Shown piece by piece: positions 58,201 through 64,000 of a DNA stretch of 64,000 nt. The DNA lies in assembly GCA_044226015.1 (NCBI GenBank), contig JBGAHS010000005.1:192001-256000 (forward strand). Reading direction: 5' to 3'. Made by a program: the position numbers and the translations under genes. The first letter of the stretch is position 1. Each line of letters starts with the position of its first letter. The stretch comes from Candidatus Obscuribacteraceae bacterium (lineage in GTDB: Bacteria; Cyanobacteriota; Vampirovibrionia; Obscuribacterales; Obscuribacteraceae). The notes beneath the pieces were generated by a model, which was not told the origin of the DNA, ran no database searches, and worked only from the letters and a program-made list of their open reading frames with translations.

Positions 58201-59589
58201 CATAAGCTGAACATTTCCGTTTAAGCCCTGTCCATTTCCCGAACTGTTTATAAGACTGTCAGTCGCAAGGGTAATGGAACCTTTGGGTACTGCAGCTTTA
58301 CCTTGCGTAGCAACAAGAGTTATGTTTGCGCCGTTGAGGTCTGCCCCGGTGGAACTTGCGTCAATTTGCAATCCAGAGCTTTGGCTGAAATCAATATTTC
58401 CCCCGGCGCCGTTCAGAGGGTCAACAGTGATGCTGTAATTTGCGTTTGTTCCGGGGGCTGCATTGCTTGAGCAGGAGCCGCAGTCTGGGCTGATTTGTGC
58501 TCCAGCAATCAGAAATATGTCATAGCCTTGACCCTGCGCATCACGAGCCACAATGCTTTTTACAGCAGCAGTAGAGCTTATGTTGCCACCAGCTATGATT
58601 GCCAGATTCTCTCCGACGGAGATGTCGCCTGTGAGTTGAATGTCACCAGAGTTGTAGAATGTAGGGTCACCAACCGTGCAGATTTTTCCAATAGACAATT
58701 CTTTTGAATTCGAAAATTCATGCAACTCGACAGCATCGGCATTCAGTGTACCGCCGATTTTTTGAACACTCAGAAGAACGTTGGCTCCATTTATGTTCAA
58801 GCTTTTGCTTAAATAATCTCCGTCGATGATTTCGAAGTTTTGCTGTTTGAAAGCAGCGTCACCGATGTTGATCGCTCCAGATAAAGCTGAAATAGTGCCA
58901 TCTTTACCTGAGATGCTGAAGCTGTTGTTGGCTAAGCTTTGCCAATTTGTTGGAAGTAGATTTGAAATACTTGCTGCTAGTGTAGATGGGGCATTGAGAT
59001 TGACGTTTGCTGCGATAGATTGAATTTGTCCACTATTTTGGATGTTTGGGCTCAAGATGTTAAGGTCATTCTGGGCTCTCATTACTGCCTGGCTGCCATT
59101 GTTCGAAACTGAGCCAGCAGAAAAAATAGACAATGAACCGGCACTAGATATGGTGCCTCTGTTCAATAGACTTTGTGTCGCTACCAGCGTCAAGTTGAGG
59201 TTTGAAAGCGCGTTTTCATAACCGGGGAGACCGCCATTTGGCAGAACACTGGTGATGGTTCCATAATTGAAAATGTTGTTAGCGCGCAAAATGGCATTTT
59301 GGACGTCAGGGTTTGTTGAGATGGCACAAACCGTGGCGCCCTTCGTGACGTTGAGGTTCTTCCCAACATTAATTATTGGATTATTCGAAAAGTCGAGAAT
59401 TAGTGGACGAAGGCTGGTCACCGAGAGATTGGTGATTTGGGTCGCCGGAGTACTAACGTGTTGACTGCCAGGACGAGTCTGCACTGAGGCTGTTTGTAGG
59501 GCTTCGGCTTCAACCTGTTGCAGCATGAAAAATTGGCTGCTTATGAAAGCAAACGCAATTCCGCTCAAGCTGGGCGTTTTTGGTTCCAA
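52222..59589 (-). CDS. Giant Gly/Ser/Asn/Thr-rich filamentous-haemagglutinin-like (beta-helix) exoprotein, ~2455 aa
   Basis: Many GNGG-x-I/GDGG-x-I beta-solenoid repeats; distinct basic C-terminal domain of ~190 aa. Start codon uncertain. Confidence 0.8.
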   Translation of the reverse strand: MEPKTPSLSGIAFAFISSQFFMLQQVEAEALQTASVQTRPGSQHVSTPATQITNLSVTSLRPLILDFSNNPIINVGKNLNVTKGATVCAISTNPDVQNAILRANNIFNYGTITSVLPNGGLPGYENALSNLNLTLVATQSLLNRGTISSAGSLSIFSAGSVSNNGSQAVMRAQNDLNILSPNIQNSGQIQSIAANVNLNAPSTLAASISNLLPTNWQSLANNSFSISGKDGTISALSGAINIGDAAFKQQNFEIIDGDYLSKSLNINGANVLLSVQKIGGTLNADAVELHEFSNSKELSIGKICTVGDPTFYNSGDIQLTGDISVGENLAIIAGGNISSTAAVKSIVARDAQGQGYDIFLIAGAQISPDCGSCSSNAAPGTNANYSITVDPLNGAGGNIDFSQSSGLQIDASSTGADLNGANITLVATQGKAAVPKGSITLATDSLINSSGNGQGLNGNVQLMGPSNITIGAIEALGGLGRNGKNGNVTVASTNPETPPGSPSSIIFDKSGQASAGLIPSTSTFSDVNVGKIRGSSISLMGKLYLNGNLDTTSGGGGGSGGAVNISGSTYVNSGVTGIYADASANGNGGTIDISNNFASVDPGVALKISANGSGIGNGGMISIADFSAKNSIGTGPGKVFLSATGGSPGSTSGDGGHISIGNFASVDSSGVNAIPLGLNGNGAKLTISAFSDNKTCIVSGSLIADGVGFGNGGMISLAVPFIDTSNPSGAGRISADAGTSGGNGGTVTFETSQNTSVSTGLISVNATNGDGGKVNVYSLLKSSAALPIQANGGGTGDGGTIRFENSNADISIGNQPGKFILSATGGFPGSLSGNGGNIVMKVSKIDIDAAYCDASPLGTNGNGGTYYFTGTMNYKGVPQYSGVGIGKNGYAIQGDQTQSVTLISGLDLSDKTTVSNLLTAQQNYPYLFSGQLITQDGIAVGGELFISDRVNLTGLKGFNIPNGVSLRLFNGQKVGIDSGKHEINGALIIDSPEGGSVTSVIQVWDDEPLVVNGSISSSKSFALNTYSTIINGNLIGDYVGFTFSSTVEINGTITGKGQVEFHQVNNVQQSPTSIIETPHLNFQGFALPFKPATANFAGQNKIGILEANSDVFFLNNTFPLTLTSSSINKSITIVNSEKVVISNPVGFIPTASISCPILELNSKISYAKQGTYLTGLAGSTIKSTAPLVFSVDGISSDGNITFTGNFDSSNTTITSKGTIATEFGTKFQVNDNLVLNTVNLLNPNAFIAKSIVLNVTKAPNGNTIINPYGDIVLSSNTIINGQGSNIAVLAKGNIIANGVKSIDLTSKTSGGGSFLAVAGIEISGDLPRVPNGQSSDPYSIFILQNGSTTGGSISFEKTTINTSAQGTYSGGAITLIANKGSINPGTVITGTLNSSAQNGNGGNILVSGCSGIVIDGSIFSRGQSGGGNVQLNTYTIDVSGTEILGGKVTNFNYTLGTSPAGSAITVNGAIDASASFNNKSLVPIANGLGGSIQINSDGLAQISGNISTSGRIGGDITIASSSRGINVSGTINNSGVSPIVADTAGCVSCGNAGSIALSAPSFLNVSGKVISTGAAASQLSNRAGDGGSLNWTTSKISASNLYSGTITVRGFIDLTGGAGFSNMNSGNGGSLNTESGTIKISGAIQTKLGTASIIASAGSIPGSGSTGMNGNITIHTYSTQNIPENFNLASNNNSEYALAGGLFVVNEGPTVINGTKSNIIIGTTVIGKSTESNGVKAGNISYQKFDLAASGTGALSITAGGTPLSYSYDDGSKINSVLVAAGSAGHRSKITPSQAVALYEASNGRAQLFGMNTKGQVTALNLQKAAPSLINLDLTMLPSKFSSLQITAQGTPSSVTVKISGATPFINATSAQVRINGNLEFDAPGANASIYAKSVSLGDNANLSSTDRLNILSPQIVNAGTISAAHLFMQGNSSTTKFSNSKTGIIQTSDIGLEKTGAGFNLTINDKNTLNSGLNFLFYRPAISAEASEIAKLIDIRLNEGKANLRVSSFSSITVGGESESFSSILISNSSTNQKAIPDVVIATNAVLTSTSASIAIQAGGQLKLGNAVTVNGLSGIQLTAKGGIVLGDDNKLSSTNGHLQITANNGNITIGHHNTLTALGETVLARTGSIQIGNYNRFSATNGNLIMLAKQQFIAGTAPFFEATRTSSAPVIELGAGTTVNHVASAHIGKSSQLKIASNINYSGTINYRVHCTSCSQAFGNINISNNNTTADATFNGGTLVLDSIGSSNTLLIDGANIYLYKPVGFTTSNDARVALKDGNSFELLAGDLFVNPKDDLVLENNLINLHFKRNSLVSISRNKGLVSVVNFGNRGDVYFKTAKGRIVLEPGEELTLSSKQLTGEDLRKEDGIGRRAAKTLVLAQNIHAAVCDVSLVTVLANAQHFERIKHPKTAEEKQILNRIFKTASALQTVTAKRGAFIATPRKNAKGSIAAASI

Positions 59590-59711
59590 GGAGAGGAGCC
59601 CCGTTTTTATTCCTTAGATCCAGTTTACCGGACTCAGGTTTCTTCAACAACCAGTTGCTAATGTTTTCCTATTTACCCCGTTCCAAACCATCAGGTTTAG
59701 GGCTTGTTTTT

Positions 59712-59768
59712 GGGATCAAGTCTTCTCAGGGATCAAGTCTTCTCTGGGCTTAATGTCTTCTCTTGGGA
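59712..59768. repeat. 17-bp tandem repeat upstream of the large exoprotein gene
   Basis: GGGATCAAGTCTTCTCA, GGGATCAAGTCTTCTCT, GGGCTTAATGTCTTCTCT. Confidence 0.65.
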
Positions 59769-59971
59769 ACGTCATTGGCTGATTCCTTCGCGATTTTAAC
59801 TTTTGTACTCCGCTTGAGTTTTTCGGTTTGGATACTTCTGGCTCGCTATGTTTCCAATTCTGAATCGGCAGAAAGTCTGGAAAGCGCTGCTATGCAACAA
59901 TTTTGCTTGCACGTACTTTGCACAATTGGTGAATAATATTGGGCCAGGCGTTATTAAGAAATGAATGAGCT

Positions 59972-60391
59972 ATGGAGCAAGACCTTTCTTCTATTTGCAT
60001 TCGGTGCGGTCTTCAGTACAACTACCAATCTTCTGATGGTGTATGTAGTGTATGCAAAGACTGTTGTGTTATTTGCGGTGCTGAGGGACGGTTTTGTCAA
60101 AATCCTGATTTGACTGTGCTACCTTCGTATGTAGAAATTTTCAATGAAATAATGCGTTATCACCGTGAGTGTTCCGATGAACTCTGGTGGTTCTCGCGGC
60201 TAGATGCTCTAAATATCAGAAAACAAAACGAGTATGATACTCAGCTTCTTTGCGCTTGTAAGCTATGGTGTGGAATGCATGCGCCAAAAAATTCTGAAGT
60301 GCTGATGCCCGACCCTTCTTCTTTGTTTCAGCCCGGCAACTTGTATTGCGAATTTCCGGGTTGCAATCAAAAAGCGACTTATGAATCTTAA
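59972..60391 (+). CDS. Cys-rich hypothetical protein (possible metal-binding)
   Basis: 14 Cys in 139 aa, including CIRC, CSVC, CCVIC, CACKLWC and CEFPGC. Confidence 0.55.
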   Translation: MEQDLSSICIRCGLQYNYQSSDGVCSVCKDCCVICGAEGRFCQNPDLTVLPSYVEIFNEIMRYHRECSDELWWFSRLDALNIRKQNEYDTQLLCACKLWCGMHAPKNSEVLMPDPSSLFQPGNLYCEFPGCNQKATYES

Positions 60392-60470
60392 GCATTATTC
60401 TGGTATGCCACTGGATAAGTCAGAGGCACCGTATGTGAAACCATTGACGTATCATAATGGTGTCCTATAA

Positions 60471-61418
60471 TTGAGCGGTGGCTTAGGACATTTTGGTTTG
60501 AGACCGTTCGTATTACTAAGTCTTATTTTTTTTGCATCGCTGCCGTGTTTTGCGGACCCGGCAGATCTTTCTGACACCGAAGAGCGTTCTATGCGAGTGC
60601 AAAAGCTGCCACCAGAAACGATGCTAACTCCATCAGCAAAACAGCTGGCGAAAACACTCGGCGTGTTGCCTAATTTGCAACGACTTCAAGAGCTAAGTGA
60701 GCATGGCAAGCGTAAGCGTGGGCAATTAAGCCCTGAGGGAGCAACGCTTCGCTTGGAAGTGTTGGAAACAATAGTGACAACGATGCTTCAAAGTCAGCAA
60801 GTCATTGTTGAGATTGATGCGGAAATATCAGAAGCAAATGAATTCATGGCGGCAATGTCGGACAAGCGAGATCGTGCAATTAAGCTAAACTCGCTTGCGT
60901 CACTCGTAGCAAATGGTGTTGTTTCCACCGCAGGCAACTTTTTGCAAATGCCGCAAACCATAAACGAGCAACCAGGGGAGGTTCTGGAGACTGGGGCATC
61001 TGGACTTAGCGGAGGACTGGGTGCACTTGCGTTGTATCAGCAGAATGGTGACAAGTTGTCTGGCGGTATCAGACCAACGATGCTAGCGAAGATCTTTAAG
61101 CGACCCAACAATGAAGCCACCGAATATCCAGACGTGATCTGGACCTATTTGAATACAGTTCCAGCTAACTCACAAATTGCAATCACCAGGAGAGAACACC
61201 TGATTGAGAACTGGGAGAAATTAGGGCGACTTCCTTCCACCACTACACCAGAGGGAAGAAAATACATCCGAGTTTTAGCCGGTACCATTCCCCAGCAAAA
61301 GACGATCACAATTAGCATGCTTGATGATCGTGCTGCTATGTTGGCTGATTTGCGAGCAGAAGTTGGTCAGGTGTACAAAGAGTTGCTTAATCTAATGCTT
61401 GTTGTGAGGGCTTTATGA
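60471..61418 (+). CDS. Secreted helical hypothetical protein
   Basis: Signal peptide; Gly-rich hydrophobic hairpin; 315 aa. Confidence 0.7.
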   Translation: MSGGLGHFGLRPFVLLSLIFFASLPCFADPADLSDTEERSMRVQKLPPETMLTPSAKQLAKTLGVLPNLQRLQELSEHGKRKRGQLSPEGATLRLEVLETIVTTMLQSQQVIVEIDAEISEANEFMAAMSDKRDRAIKLNSLASLVANGVVSTAGNFLQMPQTINEQPGEVLETGASGLSGGLGALALYQQNGDKLSGGIRPTMLAKIFKRPNNEATEYPDVIWTYLNTVPANSQIAITRREHLIENWEKLGRLPSTTTPEGRKYIRVLAGTIPQQKTITISMLDDRAAMLADLRAEVGQVYKELLNLMLVVRAL

Positions 61419-62242
61419 GCGTAGCTAAGAATGCATCCGTGAGCAAGTTTCTTGTAATTGCAGTTTGCTTGCAGTCGGGGTTGTTTTTTATTCCTTCGGC
61501 ATCGAGTGCAGATGCGAAGAAGGATGATAAGTCTCCCTCGAAGGAACTTTTCAAAACCGCTGGCATTCTTAAAAGAATAGGACCACTTCATATGTCAGAC
61601 GCTGTTCTGCTGCGCCGAGGAGACGAAGTTGTAGTGCTTTCAGATGCTAATGACCCCATTAACGAAGCTGAATTGGCTGGCTGTATCATAGGTTCTTTCG
61701 GCACCGAATCTGGTTCTACCGTGGCTTCAGGCGGAACCATACTATTTATGAAGGGCGCCAGTTTGCCTGCCCTTGATGATGGTCGCAACGCTGAGCATCT
61801 CAGATTAAAAGATGGAAGGATGATTGATGGAAGAATACAATGGGTGCGAAATGGTGCAATTGGTATTCTAGAAAGGCACAATTTGAGGATTGTGCAGTTC
61901 AGCGAAATTGCAGTCCTGGTTTCGCCAAGAGCTTTTCAATTTAGTTCATTGACACAAGCAGATCAAGCTTCGTCAGGTCAGCTGAATTTTGTGGCAACGG
62001 CTGACACCCCGCCATCCAAATTCCTGGCAGAGGAAGTTAACCCGATGAAGGCTCGACTAACGAAGCATAGCCTTGCATCAAAAGCTGCTTTGACTGCTGC
62101 TTCTGCTGCAGCGATAGGAGCGTGTTTTGCACTTCCCATTGTGGTCGGAGTTGTAACGCCTAAGTTGAATAATAACAGTGGCGGTGGTAGTTCAGTTGGT
62201 GGCAGTTCCAGCTCGAGTTCGTCGAGTGGCGGATCAAACTAA
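61415..62242 (+). CDS. Secreted/membrane-anchored hypothetical protein
   Basis: Signal peptide, C-terminal TM and Ser/Gly tail; ATGA overlap with the previous gene. Confidence 0.65.
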   Translation: MSVAKNASVSKFLVIAVCLQSGLFFIPSASSADAKKDDKSPSKELFKTAGILKRIGPLHMSDAVLLRRGDEVVVLSDANDPINEAELAGCIIGSFGTESGSTVASGGTILFMKGASLPALDDGRNAEHLRLKDGRMIDGRIQWVRNGAIGILERHNLRIVQFSEIAVLVSPRAFQFSSLTQADQASSGQLNFVATADTPPSKFLAEEVNPMKARLTKHSLASKAALTAASAAAIGACFALPIVVGVVTPKLNNNSGGGSSVGGSSSSSSSSGGSN

Positions 62243-62361
62243 GTGGCTCTCGCGGTGCGGCGCCCGCGTTAAATCGAACATTGTGTAATTCAATATTTGA
62301 CTTGCCGCAGTCTCCTCCGACAAAAACATGAACAACTTTTGGTCGGCCACAATCAAAACTT

Positions 62362-62979
62362 TTATTCAAGCGCCAGCGTGTTTTGAGCTATGATTTCACG
62401 CCAGCGTTTCTCAATAAACTCACGATTTTGCGACAAAGCAAAATGCAAGATTTGAGAGCGGAAACCTACCGTATTTTTCAAATATTCTGCCAATGGTTTG
62501 CTTGAGATATCCGCATAGTTCTTGAACCCAAGGTCCTCATGCAAATTCTGTGCCACCGCTTCATAAACGGCAGAACCTGCCACCATCGCATATCTATTCA
62601 TGATTGTTTTGACAGGCGTGCCTTTCACCACCTGGTCCATCGCTGAAACGCAGGAAGCTAAAAAGTCCGCTAGCCAATCTGGGCAGTCATCGCCTTGCTC
62701 GAACGAGATCAGGTACAAAATGATGCAGGTAAGATGCTTGATGCAATCTGCGTAATGATCATACGGAACTGGCTCTGCAGCCATGCTGCGAATGGGCTCA
62801 CCGAATTTGCCCTGGCGGCACTGTGCCAGGCTGTCCGATATGCAATCTGCCGACAGCATCGAAAGCGTAGCTGTCAGATATGCCAGGCGGTACGACCCGT
62901 CTTCACGAGTAACCGGTTGCAGGGCTGCTGGAATTTTGACGAAATCCTTTTCGGAAATTTCCGACGATGCGGACATCAC
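62362..62979 (-). CDS. Hypothetical protein
   Basis: 205-aa ORF; GAGGT SD upstream. Confidence 0.6.
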   Translation of the reverse strand: MMSASSEISEKDFVKIPAALQPVTREDGSYRLAYLTATLSMLSADCISDSLAQCRQGKFGEPIRSMAAEPVPYDHYADCIKHLTCIILYLISFEQGDDCPDWLADFLASCVSAMDQVVKGTPVKTIMNRYAMVAGSAVYEAVAQNLHEDLGFKNYADISSKPLAEYLKNTVGFRSQILHFALSQNREFIEKRWREIIAQNTLALE

Positions 62980-63089
62980 TCACCTCTCTGTTCACATAAA
63001 TTATTGCAGGAAAAGCGAGTAGATAGTTAGTGTTCGGGGAATTATGACATTGGGTTCTGTTATACAGGTGTTAGTCCGGAGTTCTAGAA

Positions 63090-63410
63090 ATGTCCCGTAA
63101 TTTGGAAGGAAACGATTCAAAAGTTAGTAAGCACAGTGGTTTAGAGGATTCACCAGGAAAATTCTTGGCTGAATCATTTAGTAGAGAAGATCAAGTCTCG
63201 GTTTTCAAGAGGGGCGAAAATTCAAAAGACGTTGGTTCTATCGATTTCGACACAGAAATCGGAAGTGAAAAAGCCCGTCGCAAAGATTTTCCGCATAACT
63301 GGTACGAATCCAGTAAGAAAAACGCATATGGTCTACCTAGCGATTACTCTATGAGTAATGGAGTGGAGGCAACAATGCGCCTGGGATGGTCAAAGCTCAA
63401 TAACGCATGA
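63090..63410 (+). CDS. Small hypothetical protein
   Basis: GGAG SD, 106 aa, followed by a terminator. Confidence 0.5.
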   Translation: MSRNLEGNDSKVSKHSGLEDSPGKFLAESFSREDQVSVFKRGENSKDVGSIDFDTEIGSEKARRKDFPHNWYESSKKNAYGLPSDYSMSNGVEATMRLGWSKLNNA

Positions 63411-63432
63411 GCACTTAAAGCTGTTGGATTGC

Positions 63433-63460
63433 AAGCCCGGTCTAAATGACCGGGCTTTTT
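63433..63460 (+). terminator. Intrinsic terminator
   Basis: AAGCCCGGTC-TAAAT-GACCGGGCTT followed by TTT. Confidence 0.8.
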
Positions 63461-63464
63461 CTAT

Positions 63465-63574
63465 GGGATGATTGGTCCGGACTCATTCCTGGTCAGGGAC
63501 TGATTTGGGACTGATTTGGTCCGGGACTGATTCTGGTCCGACTCATTCCTGGTCAGGGACTAATTCTTAGTCCC
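63465..63574. repeat. Mosaic tandem repeat tract (GGACT(G/C)ATT..TGGTC units)
   Basis: GACTCATTCCTGGTCAGGGACT identical at 63480 and 63540, with GGGACTGATT units between. Confidence 0.7.
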
Positions 63575-63610
63575 TTCGGGTGCAGCTAACTTCTCGGGCT
63601 ACTCACTGAA

Positions 63611-63985
63611 TTAGTGCTTGTGTCGGCACTTCAAATGTGCGAGCTTCTTGCGATTCAGCATGTGCCCAAATATTATTACCGTGTTGCCCGCTGTAATAAT
63701 CACGGCTTCAATAATTTCGCCCCAGGCTCGTGCGACAAAAGTAGCGAAAAATACAAGGGTGAGCCCCACTACACCGACATAAATAAGCCTTTTATCGCGG
63801 TGTTGCAGATAACCTGGAATGTATGCGATCAGGCAGAAGGTAAGCACAAAGCCGGCTAAGCCAGCATGCACCCAATCATGTTTCATCAGTGGTTTCGCCA
63901 CAAAAGGCATGACTGCTACGACTATAGGCAAGAGCAAGCAATGAATCATGCAAAGCGTAGAGGCGAAAACGCCTGCGATATCCAT
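63611..63985 (-). CDS. MerC-domain membrane protein (may extend past the window edge)
   Basis: ASTLCMIHCLLLP, DWVH, and C-terminal GHMLNRK..C..H; four TMs. Confidence 0.8.
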   Translation of the reverse strand: MDIAGVFASTLCMIHCLLLPIVVAVMPFVAKPLMKHDWVHAGLAGFVLTFCLIAYIPGYLQHRDKRLIYVGVVGLTLVFFATFVARAWGEIIEAVIITAGNTVIIFGHMLNRKKLAHLKCRHKH

Positions 63986-64000
63986 GAATCCGACTACGCG

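Noticed and set aside
52598..59464. Numerous Pro-rich + strand ORFs within the large exoprotein gene
   Set aside because: Antisense artefacts of Gly-rich codons.
63480..63561. Mini CRISPR array (two 22-bp repeats, 38-bp spacer)
   Set aside because: The spacer is built from the repeat's own sub-units, there are only two copies, and no cas genes are present.

Overview
Bacterial chromosomal window. The gene content and order (asd-dapA-rnj; atpB-E-b'-b-H-A-G without atpD/atpC; tandem PspA/Vipp1-family genes; no photosynthesis genes; gamma subunit without the cyanobacterial insert; many Ser/Thr kinases, TPR proteins and HAMP histidine kinases) suggest a non-photosynthetic Cyanobacteriota relative (Vampirovibrionia/Melainabacteria, probably Obscuribacterales). 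That assignment is an inference. Housekeeping blocks: mobA, dut, dapB-asd-dapA-rnj, smc-scpA-scpB-ispD-sepF, tgt, the pspA pair and the F0F1 operon. Between them lie signalling and secreted proteins and a 2455-aa filamentous-haemagglutinin-like protein. Two observations stand out. (1) An exported TPR-thioredoxin at 16770-17462 has an in-frame TGA exactly at the first Cys of the WCGPC motif (W-U-G-P-C), followed by a SECIS-like hairpin. A Cys paralog lies in the same window, so this is a probable selenoprotein that the ORF track truncates. (2) Two independent loci appear to encode asymmetric histidine kinases, each pairing a His-bearing module with a His-less module that keeps the ATPase domain; one is a gene pair, the other a single fused polypeptide. 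Also noted are candidate sRNAs with A/C-rich loops, operator-like repeats and a dispersed REP-like motif. No rRNA, tRNA, CRISPR array or transposase was recognised.
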